Notes: a model not told the origin generated them from the sequence alone. 64,000 nt of DNA from Candidatus Latescibacterota bacterium (GCA_965116885.1 OZ220741.1:2240001-2304000), one strand, 5' to 3'; counted from the stretch's first letter, positions 17,842 to 28,575 are shown. Translations and numbers: made by a program.

Positions 17842-20640
17842 TTAGTATTCATAACTTATGCCAAGTGAGAAGGAACGCCCCATCTTGTATTCCCGGAAAA
17901 CGCCTTCCTTTTGCTTAAAGAGTACTTTGCTATCGAGCAAGTTTTTCGTCGAGACCTTCAATGCGAAGTGACCGAACTTTTTCTTTATATTAAAGTCGAG
18001 TTGATGCCGGGGTTGTTCAAAGACATCGGGCAATCCCTGTGCGCCTACTTCGCTGATCCGCCTGCCAAATACGTTGTAGAGCAGGTTGGCTTGAAAATCC
18101 CGATCGGGTTTGTCGTAGCCGAGGGTTACGTTGACTGCGTAAGGAGATTGGCCCTGAAGCGCGCGTTCGTTGGAGGTCTGCACACCAATGTCGGGATTGA
18201 TTTCAATCTGCGATTTGACCAGCGTGACGTTGGTGTTGATAGATAGCGGCTCGAGTGATGGAGACAGCGCGTCGAGGCGTCGCCGAAATTCAAATTCGAC
18301 ACCGTAATTCGTTGCAGCTTTGGCATTTTGAAATGTGACACTGAGTTGTGCGGTGGGGCGAATGATTTGCTCGATGGGATCGTGAAATTTTTTGTAGAAT
18401 GCACTGATCGCCACGAGTTCGCCCAGGCGGGGGAACATTTCGAATCGAAAATCAAAATTGTCGATGGAACCGCGCTGGAGTTCGGGATTGCCAGAAACTG
18501 CCCGCCCGCCGATAAAGTCCGTAAATTCAAAAGGTGCGAGTTCTCGGAAATCCGGACGCGCCAATGTGCGCGAATAAGCTGTGCGGAAATTGGTGCGGTC
18601 ATTTAGTTTATAGACCAGATTGAGTCCGGGCAGGATATCTGTGTTGTCCAGGGTCACGTCAATAGGATCAACAGTGGTGCTAAAAGGATTAAAGGATGTA
18701 AGTTCCTGTTTGGATTGCTCAACGCGTAGTCCTCCCACAAAACGCCATTGGCCCGAGAGCTGAAGGTCGGTCATTGCGTAGGCTGCCCAGGTTTTTTGGG
18801 AGGCACTGTAGTTATCGACATTGCGGGTGGTTTCGCGCAGTTCAAATCGACCGGGCGCGATATTGTCTGAAATAAAAATTTCCTCGGGATCGAGTGTCAG
18901 ATCAACGTGTCGCTGGATGCCACTGGATTGCTCAAAGCGAAAGCGGCGGGCATCAAAGGTGCGGTCTTTGGAGAGGGTTTTGCCGCCCAGTTTAATTTTA
19001 GAAGAGAGGCTATTAAAACCCGTAAAGGGAATTGTCCAATCGATTTTGCCGCTTTGGGCATTGTCAACGAGGTCAAAGAAGAAGCGGCTGCCGCTTTGCG
19101 TGATGTCAAAAAAGGTCCAGTCACCATTGCGGTCTTCGTAGAGTACTTCGCGGTTATCGGGTTCGTCGCGCGTGGCTTTGGATAGACTGTATAGCCAATC
19201 GATATTGGAATTGAGAAGCCATCCAAAGTGATGCTCTCCAGACAGTTGGCCCGTGAAAATACCGCGTTCGACAAATCGCAAGCGGAAGTCGCGCAGGTCA
19301 GTGCCCCGGTCAGAATTGTAACCGGTGTACGTGCGTGCTTCGTTGTCGGTGTTGCGATTAAAGAGGGTTTTTAAGCTGATTTTGTGGAGCGGTGACAATC
19401 GCAGGCTGCTGTTGAACAATAGCCCCCACAGGATATTGTTGGTCGTGCTGTTTACGGTATATGTGGTAAAAGGCGTGAGCACTTGTTCGCCCGATGCGTC
19501 AGCAGTTATGCGGAAGGAGCTCCAGTTTTCGCTTCTGTTGTTGAAGCTGTTGTCATAAGTAAATGAGAAGACGTAGCCGAGTTCTCGCTCGCCTTCGCCA
19601 ATGGCATTGCCAATGCTGATGCTATAACCTTGATTGACCGGAGCAGTTTTGGTTCTGGGCTGCCACACGTTGGCAAAAGCCTGTCCAAATTGCTGAATCT
19701 CCTGGGTGGAAAATCCGATTTCTGGCGTAAAACGCCCACTTTTACGCACTGGTTCCTCAGCGGCCTGAGTTTTGATCATTTTGGGCAGGGCACGCGTGCC
19801 GTCGTCAACACCCAAAAAGTCCCAGGAGCCTCCATCGTAGGTCTGGATATCTTTGAAACTGGTTTGGCTGTGATATCCGGCTGATGTCGAAACCGAAAGC
19901 GTAAATTTGCTGGGAAAGTCTCGGGTTTTGATTTGTACGGAGCCGCCTGAAAAATCTCCTGGTTGATCGGGGGAGAAGGTTTTGGATACCTGGATATTTT
20001 CGAGCAGGCCTGCGGGGAAGATGTCCATGGGGACAACGCGCTTATTTGGCTCGGGGCTGGGAATATCTGCGCCATTGACTTGCGTGTTGCTGTAGCGTTC
20101 GCCCAGGCCGCGCACGTACACGTATTTGTCACCCACAACTGTGATACCGGTTACGCGCTTGAGTGCATCGCCCGCATCGGAAGACGCGGCGCGGCTCATC
20201 AATTCGGCGCTGATGCCGTCCGTGACCACAGGTGCTTTTTGCTGGATGCCCAGCATCGAGACTTCGCTGTCCTGTACGGCTCTGGCTGTGACGACAATTT
20301 CATCGGCCTGCATGGCCTCGGGCGGCAGTGAAACACTGAGTGCTGTGGGTTCGTCGGTTTTGACCTCGACGCCTGTGACTGTTTTTGTGGTATAAGAGAT
20401 ATAGCTAAATTCGACATTGTGCGTGCCTATTGGCGCAGTGAGGGCAAAGCGACCGTCGAGGTCGGTAGAGGTGCCATATACAGGCATACCCGTTTCATCT
20501 TTGATGACGATATTGGTGCCAATGAGCGGTTCACCGGTTTCTGCATCCACGACGATGCCCTGAATTTTGCCCATGTCCTGTGCATGGATTGAAATGCCTG
20601 TGAAGGCAAAGGCAAACAAGAGCAATAACATTCTTTTCAT
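17842..20640 (-). CDS. TonB-dependent outer-membrane receptor
   Basis: Signal peptide; CarboxypepD_reg-like N-domain; plug DAGDALKRVTG..VRGLGERY; ARPDFRELAPF; NLLD...SLGISYEY C-terminus. Confidence 0.92.
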   Translation of the reverse strand: MKRMLLLLFAFAFTGISIHAQDMGKIQGIVVDAETGEPLIGTNIVIKDETGMPVYGTSTDLDGRFALTAPIGTHNVEFSYISYTTKTVTGVEVKTDEPTALSVSLPPEAMQADEIVVTARAVQDSEVSMLGIQQKAPVVTDGISAELMSRAASSDAGDALKRVTGITVVGDKYVYVRGLGERYSNTQVNGADIPSPEPNKRVVPMDIFPAGLLENIQVSKTFSPDQPGDFSGGSVQIKTRDFPSKFTLSVSTSAGYHSQTSFKDIQTYDGGSWDFLGVDDGTRALPKMIKTQAAEEPVRKSGRFTPEIGFSTQEIQQFGQAFANVWQPRTKTAPVNQGYSISIGNAIGEGERELGYVFSFTYDNSFNNRSENWSSFRITADASGEQVLTPFTTYTVNSTTNNILWGLLFNSSLRLSPLHKISLKTLFNRNTDNEARTYTGYNSDRGTDLRDFRLRFVERGIFTGQLSGEHHFGWLLNSNIDWLYSLSKATRDEPDNREVLYEDRNGDWTFFDITQSGSRFFFDLVDNAQSGKIDWTIPFTGFNSLSSKIKLGGKTLSKDRTFDARRFRFEQSSGIQRHVDLTLDPEEIFISDNIAPGRFELRETTRNVDNYSASQKTWAAYAMTDLQLSGQWRFVGGLRVEQSKQELTSFNPFSTTVDPIDVTLDNTDILPGLNLVYKLNDRTNFRTAYSRTLARPDFRELAPFEFTDFIGGRAVSGNPELQRGSIDNFDFRFEMFPRLGELVAISAFYKKFHDPIEQIIRPTAQLSVTFQNAKAATNYGVEFEFRRRLDALSPSLEPLSINTNVTLVKSQIEINPDIGVQTSNERALQGQSPYAVNVTLGYDKPDRDFQANLLYNVFGRRISEVGAQGLPDVFEQPRHQLDFNIKKKFGHFALKVSTKNLLDSKVLFKQKEGVFREYKMGRSFSLGISYEY

Positions 20641-20741
20641 GCGACGTATCCTTTCGGCGTGTGTAAATAATTGTTCCGCGACAGGAGTTGAGCACCCCTA
20701 CACAATTGCGTGCGAATTTAGTTTGACCATGTTGAGTTCGA

Positions 20742-20768
20742 GTTACAAATGAGTTACGATTTTGTGAC
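20742..20768 (-). promoter_or_regulatory. Pho-box-like direct repeats upstream of the TonB receptor
   Basis: Minus-strand GTCAC, GTAAC, GTAAC at an exact 11-bp period (plus-strand starts 20764, 20753, 20742). Confidence 0.7.
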
Positions 20769-20879
20769 AACGCAATGATCCCTGTTCCCTTTTCTTTTCA
20801 GAAGAGGGTTAGAGACATGTCGAGGTCAGAAGTTTGAATTCGTGGGAAAAACCTCTTGAGGCTGGAGGAAAGAGGGTGC

Positions 20880-20941
20880 TTGTAACACAACTGTCACAAT
20901 TCTGTGACCGAACCGTAACGGTTTTGTAGGTAATTTGTAAC
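20880..20941 (+). promoter_or_regulatory. Six-unit Pho-box-like array upstream of porin-pst operon
   Basis: GTAAC/GTCAC/GTGAC/GTAAC/GTAGG/GTAAC at 20882, 20893, 20904, 20915, 20926, 20937. Confidence 0.8.
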
Positions 20942-21000
20942 ACTATGGCGATGTCTTGTCGCGGAGAACGTCGTTTATCCGCTAATTCGGAGGGGAGTAC

Positions 21001-21954
21001 ATGCGCATTTGTAAAGCAATCTGGGGAATACTGTTGTGTTTGGGTTTTGTATTGGCGGGACGGGGTGAAGCTGTAGATACTGAGCTCAAGGGTGTTATGT
21101 TTGCCGATTATTATATCGTCAGCGGAAATGGAAAAGAAGAGAATGGCTTTCGGTTTCGACGCATTTATCTCACCCATGATCTGAGGTGGAACGACGCATT
21201 CTCTGGACGGGTTCGGCTGGAAGCCAGGGATGCGGGATTTAATAGTGGGAAAAAAATGGAACCTTTTGTAAAGCACGCGTATTTGCGCTATCGCAAAGAT
21301 CGCCACGCGATCTATATGGGGCTGTCGAGTACGCTAACGTGGAATGTATCGGAGTCTGTTTGGGGTTATCGCTCGGTCGAGAAGACCATCATGGATCGAA
21401 AAAAAATTGCCTCGTCGGCCGATATAGGCATTGCATATTACACGCGATTGGATGAAGATGGAAAGGTGAATGCCCGGCTTATGCTGGCCAATGGCAGCGG
21501 GCAAAGTTCTGAGGCAGATAAATACAAGAAAGTTTACGGGTTGTTGCACTTTGAGCCAGGCCCACTGAATTTGACGGCTTATGTAGATTGGGAAAAACGC
21601 CCAGATAATCGAGGTCGCACGACTTTTGCTACGTTTATCGGGTTAAAAAAGAAAATTTTCCACGGTGGTTTGGAAGGCTTTGTGCAATGGCGCAACCATT
21701 CCGCACAGGTGCGGGGGCTTTCACTGTTTGGCGCAGGACAGATTAGCGAGAAGATAAAGGTGTTTGCTCGCAGCGATTTCTTCGATCCAGACGATAAGTC
21801 TGGCGACGATGGGGAATATTGGTTTCTCGGGGGGCTTGATATTGAGCCGGTAAAGGATATTCACATTATGCCCAATGTGATGGGCACAAGTTTTCAGGCT
21901 CCAGATGTAGATATGGAAGTGATTCCACGGCTGACGCTATATGTTAAGTTTTGA
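21001..21954 (+). CDS. Outer-membrane porin, probably phosphate-selective (OprO/OprP-like)
   Basis: Signal peptide; GFRFRRIYL, FVKHAYL, SSADIG; amphipathic strands; C-terminal Phe; directly upstream of pstS. Confidence 0.7.
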   Translation: MRICKAIWGILLCLGFVLAGRGEAVDTELKGVMFADYYIVSGNGKEENGFRFRRIYLTHDLRWNDAFSGRVRLEARDAGFNSGKKMEPFVKHAYLRYRKDRHAIYMGLSSTLTWNVSESVWGYRSVEKTIMDRKKIASSADIGIAYYTRLDEDGKVNARLMLANGSGQSSEADKYKKVYGLLHFEPGPLNLTAYVDWEKRPDNRGRTTFATFIGLKKKIFHGGLEGFVQWRNHSAQVRGLSLFGAGQISEKIKVFARSDFFDPDDKSGDDGEYWFLGGLDIEPVKDIHIMPNVMGTSFQAPDVDMEVIPRLTLYVKF

Positions 21955-21963
21955 GCAGGGGTT

Positions 21964-22033
21964 ATCACATGAATGTCGTGCTTTCGTCACACAGTTGTAA
22001 CGCGATACAGGTTTATTTTTCACATCCTGTGAC
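21964..22033 (+). promoter_or_regulatory. Pho-box-like repeats upstream of pstS
   Basis: ATCAC 21964, GTCGT 21975, GTCAC 21986, GTAAC 21997 (11-bp period); TTCAC 22019, GTGAC 22029. Confidence 0.65.
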
Positions 22034-22079
22034 ACTGCAATACTACGTCTTGCAAGTCGCCTAACAGAAGGGAGATTGA

Positions 22080-23039
22080 ATGACCAAATTTATTTGTACG
22101 ATTGCATGTATGGCTGTTTTGATACCGGCTGCGGCTCAGGCACAACAAGAGTCGCCTGTTTCCGCGTATCAAAAAGTGAGTGGGGTTTCCGGAAGTGCCA
22201 ACAGCATTGGGTCAGATACGATGAACAATTTGATGACGCTGTGGCTGGAGGGGTTCCGCAAGTACTATCCCAATGTAACGATTCAGGTTGAGGGCAAGGG
22301 GTCGAGTACTGCGCCTCCTGCGCTGATTGAGGGGACTGCACAATTCGGGCCGATGTCGCGTCCGATGAAGGCTTCGGAAATTGATAAATTTGAAAAGCAT
22401 TTTGGATATCCGCCAACATTGTTGCGCACCTCGCTGGATGCACTGGCTGTTTTTGTCAATAAAGACAATCCCATAAAAGGGTTGACTTTGCAGCAGGTAG
22501 ATGCGATTTTTTCCAAGACGCGACGCGGTGAGTACAGAGAAAATATTGCGAGATGGGGGCAGTTGGGTTTGGATGGCGATTGGAAAAATGCCGCATTCAG
22601 CCTTTACGGGCGCAATTCCGCGTCGGGCACTTATGGGTTTTTCAAAGATCACGCGTTGTTTAAGGGCGATTTTAAAGATGAAGTAAAAGAGCAGCCCGGG
22701 TCTGCTTCGGTTGTGCAGGGCGTGGCCGAAGACAGGTACAGCATGGGTTATAGTGGCATTGGTTACAAGACCTCTGGTGTGCGTGTCGTACCTCTGGCGC
22801 TGGAAACAGGCGAACCCTTTAGAGAGGGCACGATCGAAAATGTGATAGATGGGTCTTATCCCCTGGGGCGTTTTTTGTATTTGTACATCAACAAAGCACC
22901 CCATAAATCTCTCGATCCACTTGTGAGAGAATTTTGTAAGTTCATTTTTTCCAAAGAAGGGCAAGAGATTGTGGTAAAAGATGGCTATATGCCCGTGCCC
23001 TATCAGGTGGTTAAAGAGGAACTCGAAAAATTACAGTAG
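22080..23039 (+). CDS. pstS: Phosphate ABC transporter substrate-binding protein
   Basis: GSDTMNNL, GKGSSTAPPAL, GRNSASGTYGFF, YPLGRFLYLY. Confidence 0.95.
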   Translation: MTKFICTIACMAVLIPAAAQAQQESPVSAYQKVSGVSGSANSIGSDTMNNLMTLWLEGFRKYYPNVTIQVEGKGSSTAPPALIEGTAQFGPMSRPMKASEIDKFEKHFGYPPTLLRTSLDALAVFVNKDNPIKGLTLQQVDAIFSKTRRGEYRENIARWGQLGLDGDWKNAAFSLYGRNSASGTYGFFKDHALFKGDFKDEVKEQPGSASVVQGVAEDRYSMGYSGIGYKTSGVRVVPLALETGEPFREGTIENVIDGSYPLGRFLYLYINKAPHKSLDPLVREFCKFIFSKEGQEIVVKDGYMPVPYQVVKEELEKLQ

Positions 23040-23063
23040 TTAGCCATTCAAATACCCAACTTC

Positions 23064-23186
23064 AAAGGTGAGACGTTAGACATTAGAGGGCTACACGGCT
23101 TCTATTTTAGAAGCGAGAGAAAGTCCCCCGTCCTTAGCCCCCAGCCTCTGTCTCTTACGTCTCACCTTTTGCGTTTCACCTCCTTA
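23064..23186. repeat. Long inverted repeat with heptamer-like degenerate repeats between pstS and pstC
   Basis: AAAGGTGAGACGT(23064-76)/ACGTCTCACCTTT(23157-69); inner GCTTCTA-TTT-TAGAAGC hairpin. Confidence 0.7.
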
Positions 23187-23188
23187 TT

Positions 23189-25429
23189 ATGGCACTTCCT
23201 ACAGAACCCACATCAAAGCGACAATTGCCCGGTATTACGCCAGGCGCGCGCCTGATGGACCGCGCTGGGCGGTGGATAATCACTGCTGGCGGCATCGGGG
23301 TGATCCTGTCGGTGCTGGGCATTTTCCTTTTTGTGTTGATGGAGTCCTATCCCCTGTTTTTGAAGCCGAGCGTGTCCAGGGTGCATACCTTTGATTTTTC
23401 GCACCGTCAGCCCGTCCTGTGTACGGGGGTTGATCCCTATCAGGCGGTGATGTTTGTCGTGCATGACTCGGGGATTGATTTTGTGGATATGACCACAAAG
23501 TCGGTGACAAAGTCCGTATCTATTCCCGAACTACAGGGACGGCGTATCCGGACAGCTTATCGCGCCCTGGATAATACGCATGTTGGTCTGGGCCTGGACG
23601 ACGGTACAATGCTGGGTTGCCGCGTGAATTTTGCCGTGGATTACGATGCGGAGGGAAAGCAGATTGTGACGCCGTCTTTTTCTGTTGAGTCGGCGATGGA
23701 TTTAACGGATGAAGCTCTTGTGCATCTCGTATTTCGGCACGATGGAAAATCCCGAGGTACAGTACTTGGCATTGCGGATTCCGGGCAGCTCGTTCTGGGA
23801 ATTTCCGACAGACAGCGCGGGCTTTTGGGCGGTGGCAAAACGACCATTCGCAGATATGATTTGACCGATGAGATCAAAGGGCGCGCCAGGGTGGGTGCTG
23901 TGGCGAAGTCGGGACGCTATGTTCTGGTGGGCACAGACCGCGGTGAAGTATTTCGATGGGAAATTGGACGTGCGGGTTCCAATCCCAGGCTGTTGGATTA
24001 TTTTCGGGTTTCCGATCAGGCGGTGTCTGCGCTGGATTTTGTGCTGGGTGATGTGTCGCTCGTCGTGGGTGATGTGGGTGGTCGCGTATCTGTCTGGATG
24101 CCGGTCAGGACGGGCGAGGGCGACAATAAAAAGATGTTCAAAAAGATCCACACTTTGCAGCCTCATCCGGCGGCGGTGACTGCACTGGCGTCGTCTGCTC
24201 GCGACAAACAGTTTTTATCGGGCGATGTATCGGGGATGGTCGCGTTGCATCACATGACATCGGAACAGACGTTTTTTCAATTGCCCGGTGATAGACCCAT
24301 TCAATCCCTGTCTTTTGCGCCAAAAGCAAATGGCTTTTTGACTGTGAGTAAGTCGGGACAGGTAACGGATTTCGGTCTTTACAATCCACATCCCGAAGTG
24401 ACGTTACAAACGCTTTTTGGCAAAGTGTGGTACGAGGGATATACGGAGCCTCAATACGTGTGGCAATCTACGGGCGGGTCCGATGATTTTGAACCCAAGC
24501 TTGGTATTGTACCTTTGATATTTGGCACATTTAAGGGTACACTTTACGCCATGTTATTCGCGCTGCCTCTATCTGTTCTGGCTGCGATTTACACATCGGA
24601 ATTTGCCTCTCCCAGCGTGCGTGGTGTGGTCAAACCCGTGGTGGAGTTGATGGCCTCGCTTCCCAGCGTGATTTTGGGCTTTTTGGCGGGTTTGTGGTTG
24701 GCACCGGTTCTGGAAACGAGAATCGTCGGAGCACTTTTACTGTTGCCCTGTGTGCCCATTGTCGTGGTGATATGCGCGTGGGCGTGGGGGCAGATGTCCG
24801 AAGATTTTGTGCGCAGAATACCGGATCACTGGATTTTAACTTTGCTGGCGGGCATCGCGTTGTTCGCGCTCTATCTGTCGTTCGCGCTCGGTCCGGTAGC
24901 CGAGTCGCTTTTGTTTGGCGGCAATTTTCAAAGCTGGTTGCTCGGCACAACGGGTACGCGCTATGATCAGCGCAATTGTCTCGTGGTGGGTTTTGCAATG
25001 GGATTTGCCGTGGTGCCCATTATTTACACGATTTGCGAAGATGCTCTGTCGAGTGTGCCGCAGCATCTGCGCGCGGGGTCACTCGCGCTTGGCGCAACGC
25101 CCTGGCAAACCGCTATCCGCGTGGTGTTGCCCACGGCGAGCCCGGGTATTTTTTCCGCGACTATGATTGGATTTGGCCGCGCTGTGGGCGAAACGATGAT
25201 TGTGTTGATGGCTACGGGCAATACGCCGATTCTGGACTGGACCATTTTTAATGGCATGCGCACGATGTCGGCCAATATCGCCGTGGAGATTCCCGAAGCA
25301 CCCCATGAAGGTACGCTTTATCGCGTGTTGTTTTTGACAGGGGTTTTGCTGGCGGCGATTACTTTTTTGGTGAATACACTGGCAGAAGTGGTGCGGCAGC
25401 GTTTGCGCGAGAAGTATAGCAGGATTTGA
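23189..25429 (+). CDS. pstC: Phosphate ABC transporter permease, long form with WD40-like periplasmic domain
   Basis: KVWYEGY..P.YVWQSTGG.DDFEPK, ELMASLPSVILG, SLALGATPWQT, GRAVGETMIV. Confidence 0.93.
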   Translation: MALPTEPTSKRQLPGITPGARLMDRAGRWIITAGGIGVILSVLGIFLFVLMESYPLFLKPSVSRVHTFDFSHRQPVLCTGVDPYQAVMFVVHDSGIDFVDMTTKSVTKSVSIPELQGRRIRTAYRALDNTHVGLGLDDGTMLGCRVNFAVDYDAEGKQIVTPSFSVESAMDLTDEALVHLVFRHDGKSRGTVLGIADSGQLVLGISDRQRGLLGGGKTTIRRYDLTDEIKGRARVGAVAKSGRYVLVGTDRGEVFRWEIGRAGSNPRLLDYFRVSDQAVSALDFVLGDVSLVVGDVGGRVSVWMPVRTGEGDNKKMFKKIHTLQPHPAAVTALASSARDKQFLSGDVSGMVALHHMTSEQTFFQLPGDRPIQSLSFAPKANGFLTVSKSGQVTDFGLYNPHPEVTLQTLFGKVWYEGYTEPQYVWQSTGGSDDFEPKLGIVPLIFGTFKGTLYAMLFALPLSVLAAIYTSEFASPSVRGVVKPVVELMASLPSVILGFLAGLWLAPVLETRIVGALLLLPCVPIVVVICAWAWGQMSEDFVRRIPDHWILTLLAGIALFALYLSFALGPVAESLLFGGNFQSWLLGTTGTRYDQRNCLVVGFAMGFAVVPIIYTICEDALSSVPQHLRAGSLALGATPWQTAIRVVLPTASPGIFSATMIGFGRAVGETMIVLMATGNTPILDWTIFNGMRTMSANIAVEIPEAPHEGTLYRVLFLTGVLLAAITFLVNTLAEVVRQRLREKYSRI

Positions 25430-25439
25430 TGCTCTGGAG

Positions 25440-27047
25440 ATGGACGTGAAAAATTTTTGGAAAACAGGTGTGCCATTTATCTGGTTGACCGGGAGCGCGC
25501 TGGCGCTTTGTTTGCTCATGATTACAGGGCTGGTCGCACTGGTTATGTACAATGGCACTGGATTTTTTTGGCCCTCGGATATCGAAGCCGTGGTATTCAA
25601 AGATGGTCGGAAAGCGATGGGGCAGCGGTGGGATAAGCAGGAGATTCCGGCGTCGAATCGGACGGGGTCCGGGCAATTTCGCATTCAGCTCAAAGTGGGC
25701 AATCGCGATGTGTATGGCAGCGATTTTCAATGGATAGATGAATCGGATATTCAATCGACGGATTATCCCGTAGATGCGGTGGTTTTTGAACGGCGCGAGT
25801 GGGGCAATTTTTACGGGTTTATCGAAGCGCTATACGAAGGTGAAACCCAGGTGCCGAATACATGGGATGTGCTACAAGCACAATTGGATAATACCCGGGA
25901 ACGACACGAACAGATTCGGCGAATTGAAAAAGATGCGATTGGCGACTTAAATCGGCAAATTGAAAGCCTGCGATTAAAAAAACGCGAGATAGAATTGGGG
26001 GGTGGAGATGCCGATGAAATTGACGCGATTGATCGAGAGAGCAGATCCTATTGGGAAGCTTATGAACAATTGGCCGACGAACTGGCGCAGTTGCGGGCGG
26101 CCAACGAGATTTACCGCATAGATGTGCGGTTAATTGGCGGTGAGGTGCGGCAGATTGCCACGGCCGATATCGTGCGCGCCTATCGACCCAACCGACTGGG
26201 AATTTTGGGAAAAGCGAGCGTTTATTTTTCGCGCGTCGCGGAATTTTTATTTGATGAACCCCGTGAGTCCAATACAGAAGGCGGGGTATTTCCCGCGATC
26301 TTTGGCACTGTTATGATGGTTTTTTTGATGAGTTTGGCGGCTGTGCCATTTGGTATTTTAGCCGCGCTCTATTTGCGCGAATACGCTAGGCAAGGTATCT
26401 TGGTCAGAGTGATTCGCATTGCGGTTAATAATCTGGCGGGTGTACCTTCTATTGTTTTTGGGATGTTTGGGCTGGGGTTTTTTGTTTATGGCATTGGCGG
26501 AAGTATTGATCAACTCTTTTTTCCCGAAGCGTTGCCCACGCCCACGTATGGTACTGGTGGCATTTTGTGGGCTTCGTTGACCCTGGCATTGCTGACGGTG
26601 CCGGTGATGATTGTTTCAGCCGAAGAAGCGCTTTCCGCCGTGCCGAGTGATGTGCGTGCCGGGTCGCTGGCACTGGGGGCGACCAAATTGCAGACCATTT
26701 TGCGCGTGGTTTTGCCCGGTGCGTTGCCGGGCATTCTCACGGGGATTATTCTCGTGATTGCACGCGGTGCTGGCGAGGTGGCTCCGCTGATGATTACTGG
26801 CGTTGTGAAATTGGCTCCCGCATTGCCCGTAGATGGTATCTGGCCCTTTTTTCATCTGGAACGCAAGTTTATGCATCTGGGTTTTCACATTTACGATGTG
26901 GGTTTCCAGTCGCCCAATGTCGAGGCGGCTCGCCCCATGGTATATACGACGACTTTATTGCTGATGGGAATTGTACTGGCTCTGAATCTGGTGGCGATTC
27001 TGGTTCGCAATCGGCTACGCAAGCGCGTTGGTGGTGCGACGTTTTGA
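25440..27047 (+). CDS. pstA: Phosphate ABC transporter permease
   Basis: PRESNTEGGVFPAIFGT, NLAGVPSIVFG, SLALGATK, ARGAGEVAPL. Confidence 0.95.
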   Translation: MDVKNFWKTGVPFIWLTGSALALCLLMITGLVALVMYNGTGFFWPSDIEAVVFKDGRKAMGQRWDKQEIPASNRTGSGQFRIQLKVGNRDVYGSDFQWIDESDIQSTDYPVDAVVFERREWGNFYGFIEALYEGETQVPNTWDVLQAQLDNTRERHEQIRRIEKDAIGDLNRQIESLRLKKREIELGGGDADEIDAIDRESRSYWEAYEQLADELAQLRAANEIYRIDVRLIGGEVRQIATADIVRAYRPNRLGILGKASVYFSRVAEFLFDEPRESNTEGGVFPAIFGTVMMVFLMSLAAVPFGILAALYLREYARQGILVRVIRIAVNNLAGVPSIVFGMFGLGFFVYGIGGSIDQLFFPEALPTPTYGTGGILWASLTLALLTVPVMIVSAEEALSAVPSDVRAGSLALGATKLQTILRVVLPGALPGILTGIILVIARGAGEVAPLMITGVVKLAPALPVDGIWPFFHLERKFMHLGFHIYDVGFQSPNVEAARPMVYTTTLLLMGIVLALNLVAILVRNRLRKRVGGATF

Positions 27048-27070
27048 ATAGGTGAGGGAAAGGAATCACG

Positions 27071-27880
27071 ATGGCTGAAGCAGAACTTGCAAATACACGG
27101 TCCGAAGCAATTGTTCCAGATATTCAGAATCCCATTGTCACCATATCGAATCTGAGCTTGTATTACGGCGAGACGCAGGCCCTTTTTGACATTGACATGC
27201 AGATTCCCGAGTATCAGGTAACGGCTTTGATCGGTCCTTCGGGGTGCGGGAAGTCAACGCTGTTGCGGTGCATGAATAGGCTGAACGATTTGATCGATTC
27301 GGTGCGTATCGAGGGTGCGGTTGAAATTGATAATGACGACATTTACAGTTCTGGATACGATGTGATTTCGTTGCGCCGTCAGGTCGGTATGGTGTTTCAA
27401 AAGTCCAATCCCTTTCCCAAGTCGATCTATGAGAATCTCGTTTACGGTTTGAGAATTGCAGGTGAAAATCGGCGGGCAGTACTCGATGAGGTGGTGGAAC
27501 GCAGTTTGCAAGCTGCCGCACTTTGGGATGAGGTAAAAGACCGACTCGATGACAGTGCTCTGGGTCTTTCAGGAGGACAACAGCAGAGGTTGTGCATTGC
27601 GCGTGCAATTGCCGTTGAGCCTGCAGTGATTTTGATGGATGAACCCTGCTCGGCACTGGATCCAATTGCGACGGGACGCATTGAAGAGACAATTGAAGAG
27701 CTCAAAAAGCAATATACGATTGTGATTGTAACACACAATATGCAGCAGGCATCGCGCATTTCGGACTATACGGCGTTTTTCTATTTGGGGCGTTTGATTG
27801 AGATGGCCGAAACGAGTGAGATGTTTACCAATCCGCAACTCAAACAAACCGAAGATTATGTGACGGGGCGGTTTGGCTAA
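27071..27880 (+). CDS. pstB: Phosphate ABC transporter ATP-binding protein
   Basis: [42 protein letters not shown]. Confidence 0.97.
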   Translation: MAEAELANTRSEAIVPDIQNPIVTISNLSLYYGETQALFDIDMQIPEYQVTALIGPSGCGKSTLLRCMNRLNDLIDSVRIEGAVEIDNDDIYSSGYDVISLRRQVGMVFQKSNPFPKSIYENLVYGLRIAGENRRAVLDEVVERSLQAAALWDEVKDRLDDSALGLSGGQQQRLCIARAIAVEPAVILMDEPCSALDPIATGRIEETIEELKKQYTIVIVTHNMQQASRISDYTAFFYLGRLIEMAETSEMFTNPQLKQTEDYVTGRFG

Positions 27881-27897
27881 TAACCGGAGTGATTATT

Positions 27898-28575
27898 ATG
27901 GAGCGTACTCTTGACCAGCATCTCGACCACCTCAAAGGTGAGTTGTTGAAGATGGGCAGTGCGGTAGAAGAGTCGATTGAACAGGCAGTACAATCGCTTG
28001 TAGAACGCGACAATCACCTCGCCGATGTGGTTGAAGAAGGTGGGGATCACATCGACGATTGGGAAGTGGCGATAGAAGAAGAGTGTTTGAAGTTGCTGGC
28101 TGTGCAGCAACCCGTGGCTGGCGATTTGCGCCTGGTGGCGAGTATGATAAAGATCAATTACGATCTCGAGCGCATCAATGATCAGGCGGTGAATATCGCG
28201 CAGCGCGCCCGTTTGCTCAATCAGATGCCGCAATTGAAACCGCTGATCGATATTCCGCGGATGGCCGAGTTGGCACGGGGTATGGTCAGGGATGCACTGG
28301 ATGCTTTTGTCAATCGCGATGTGGAATTGGCCAATGAGGTGCGTAAAATTGACGATACAATGGATGCGTTGCGCAATCAAATTTTTCGCGAGTTGTTGAC
28401 GTACTTAAACACGGGTATGCCCTCGACTGTGGATCAGGCAATTTTGCTCATTCTCGTGTCCCGACATCTGGAGCGCATAGGCGATCATTCATCCAATATT
28501 GCCGAAAATGTCGTCTATCTCGTTCAGGGACGCATTGTGAGGCATCAACAGGAGGAATTGCGCACAGAAGAGTAA
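27898..28575 (+). CDS. phoU: Phosphate signalling/transport regulator
   Basis: QQPVAGDLR, DLERINDQA, HLERIGDHSSNIAE. Confidence 0.95.
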   Translation: MERTLDQHLDHLKGELLKMGSAVEESIEQAVQSLVERDNHLADVVEEGGDHIDDWEVAIEEECLKLLAVQQPVAGDLRLVASMIKINYDLERINDQAVNIAQRARLLNQMPQLKPLIDIPRMAELARGMVRDALDAFVNRDVELANEVRKIDDTMDALRNQIFRELLTYLNTGMPSTVDQAILLILVSRHLERIGDHSSNIAENVVYLVQGRIVRHQQEELRTEE

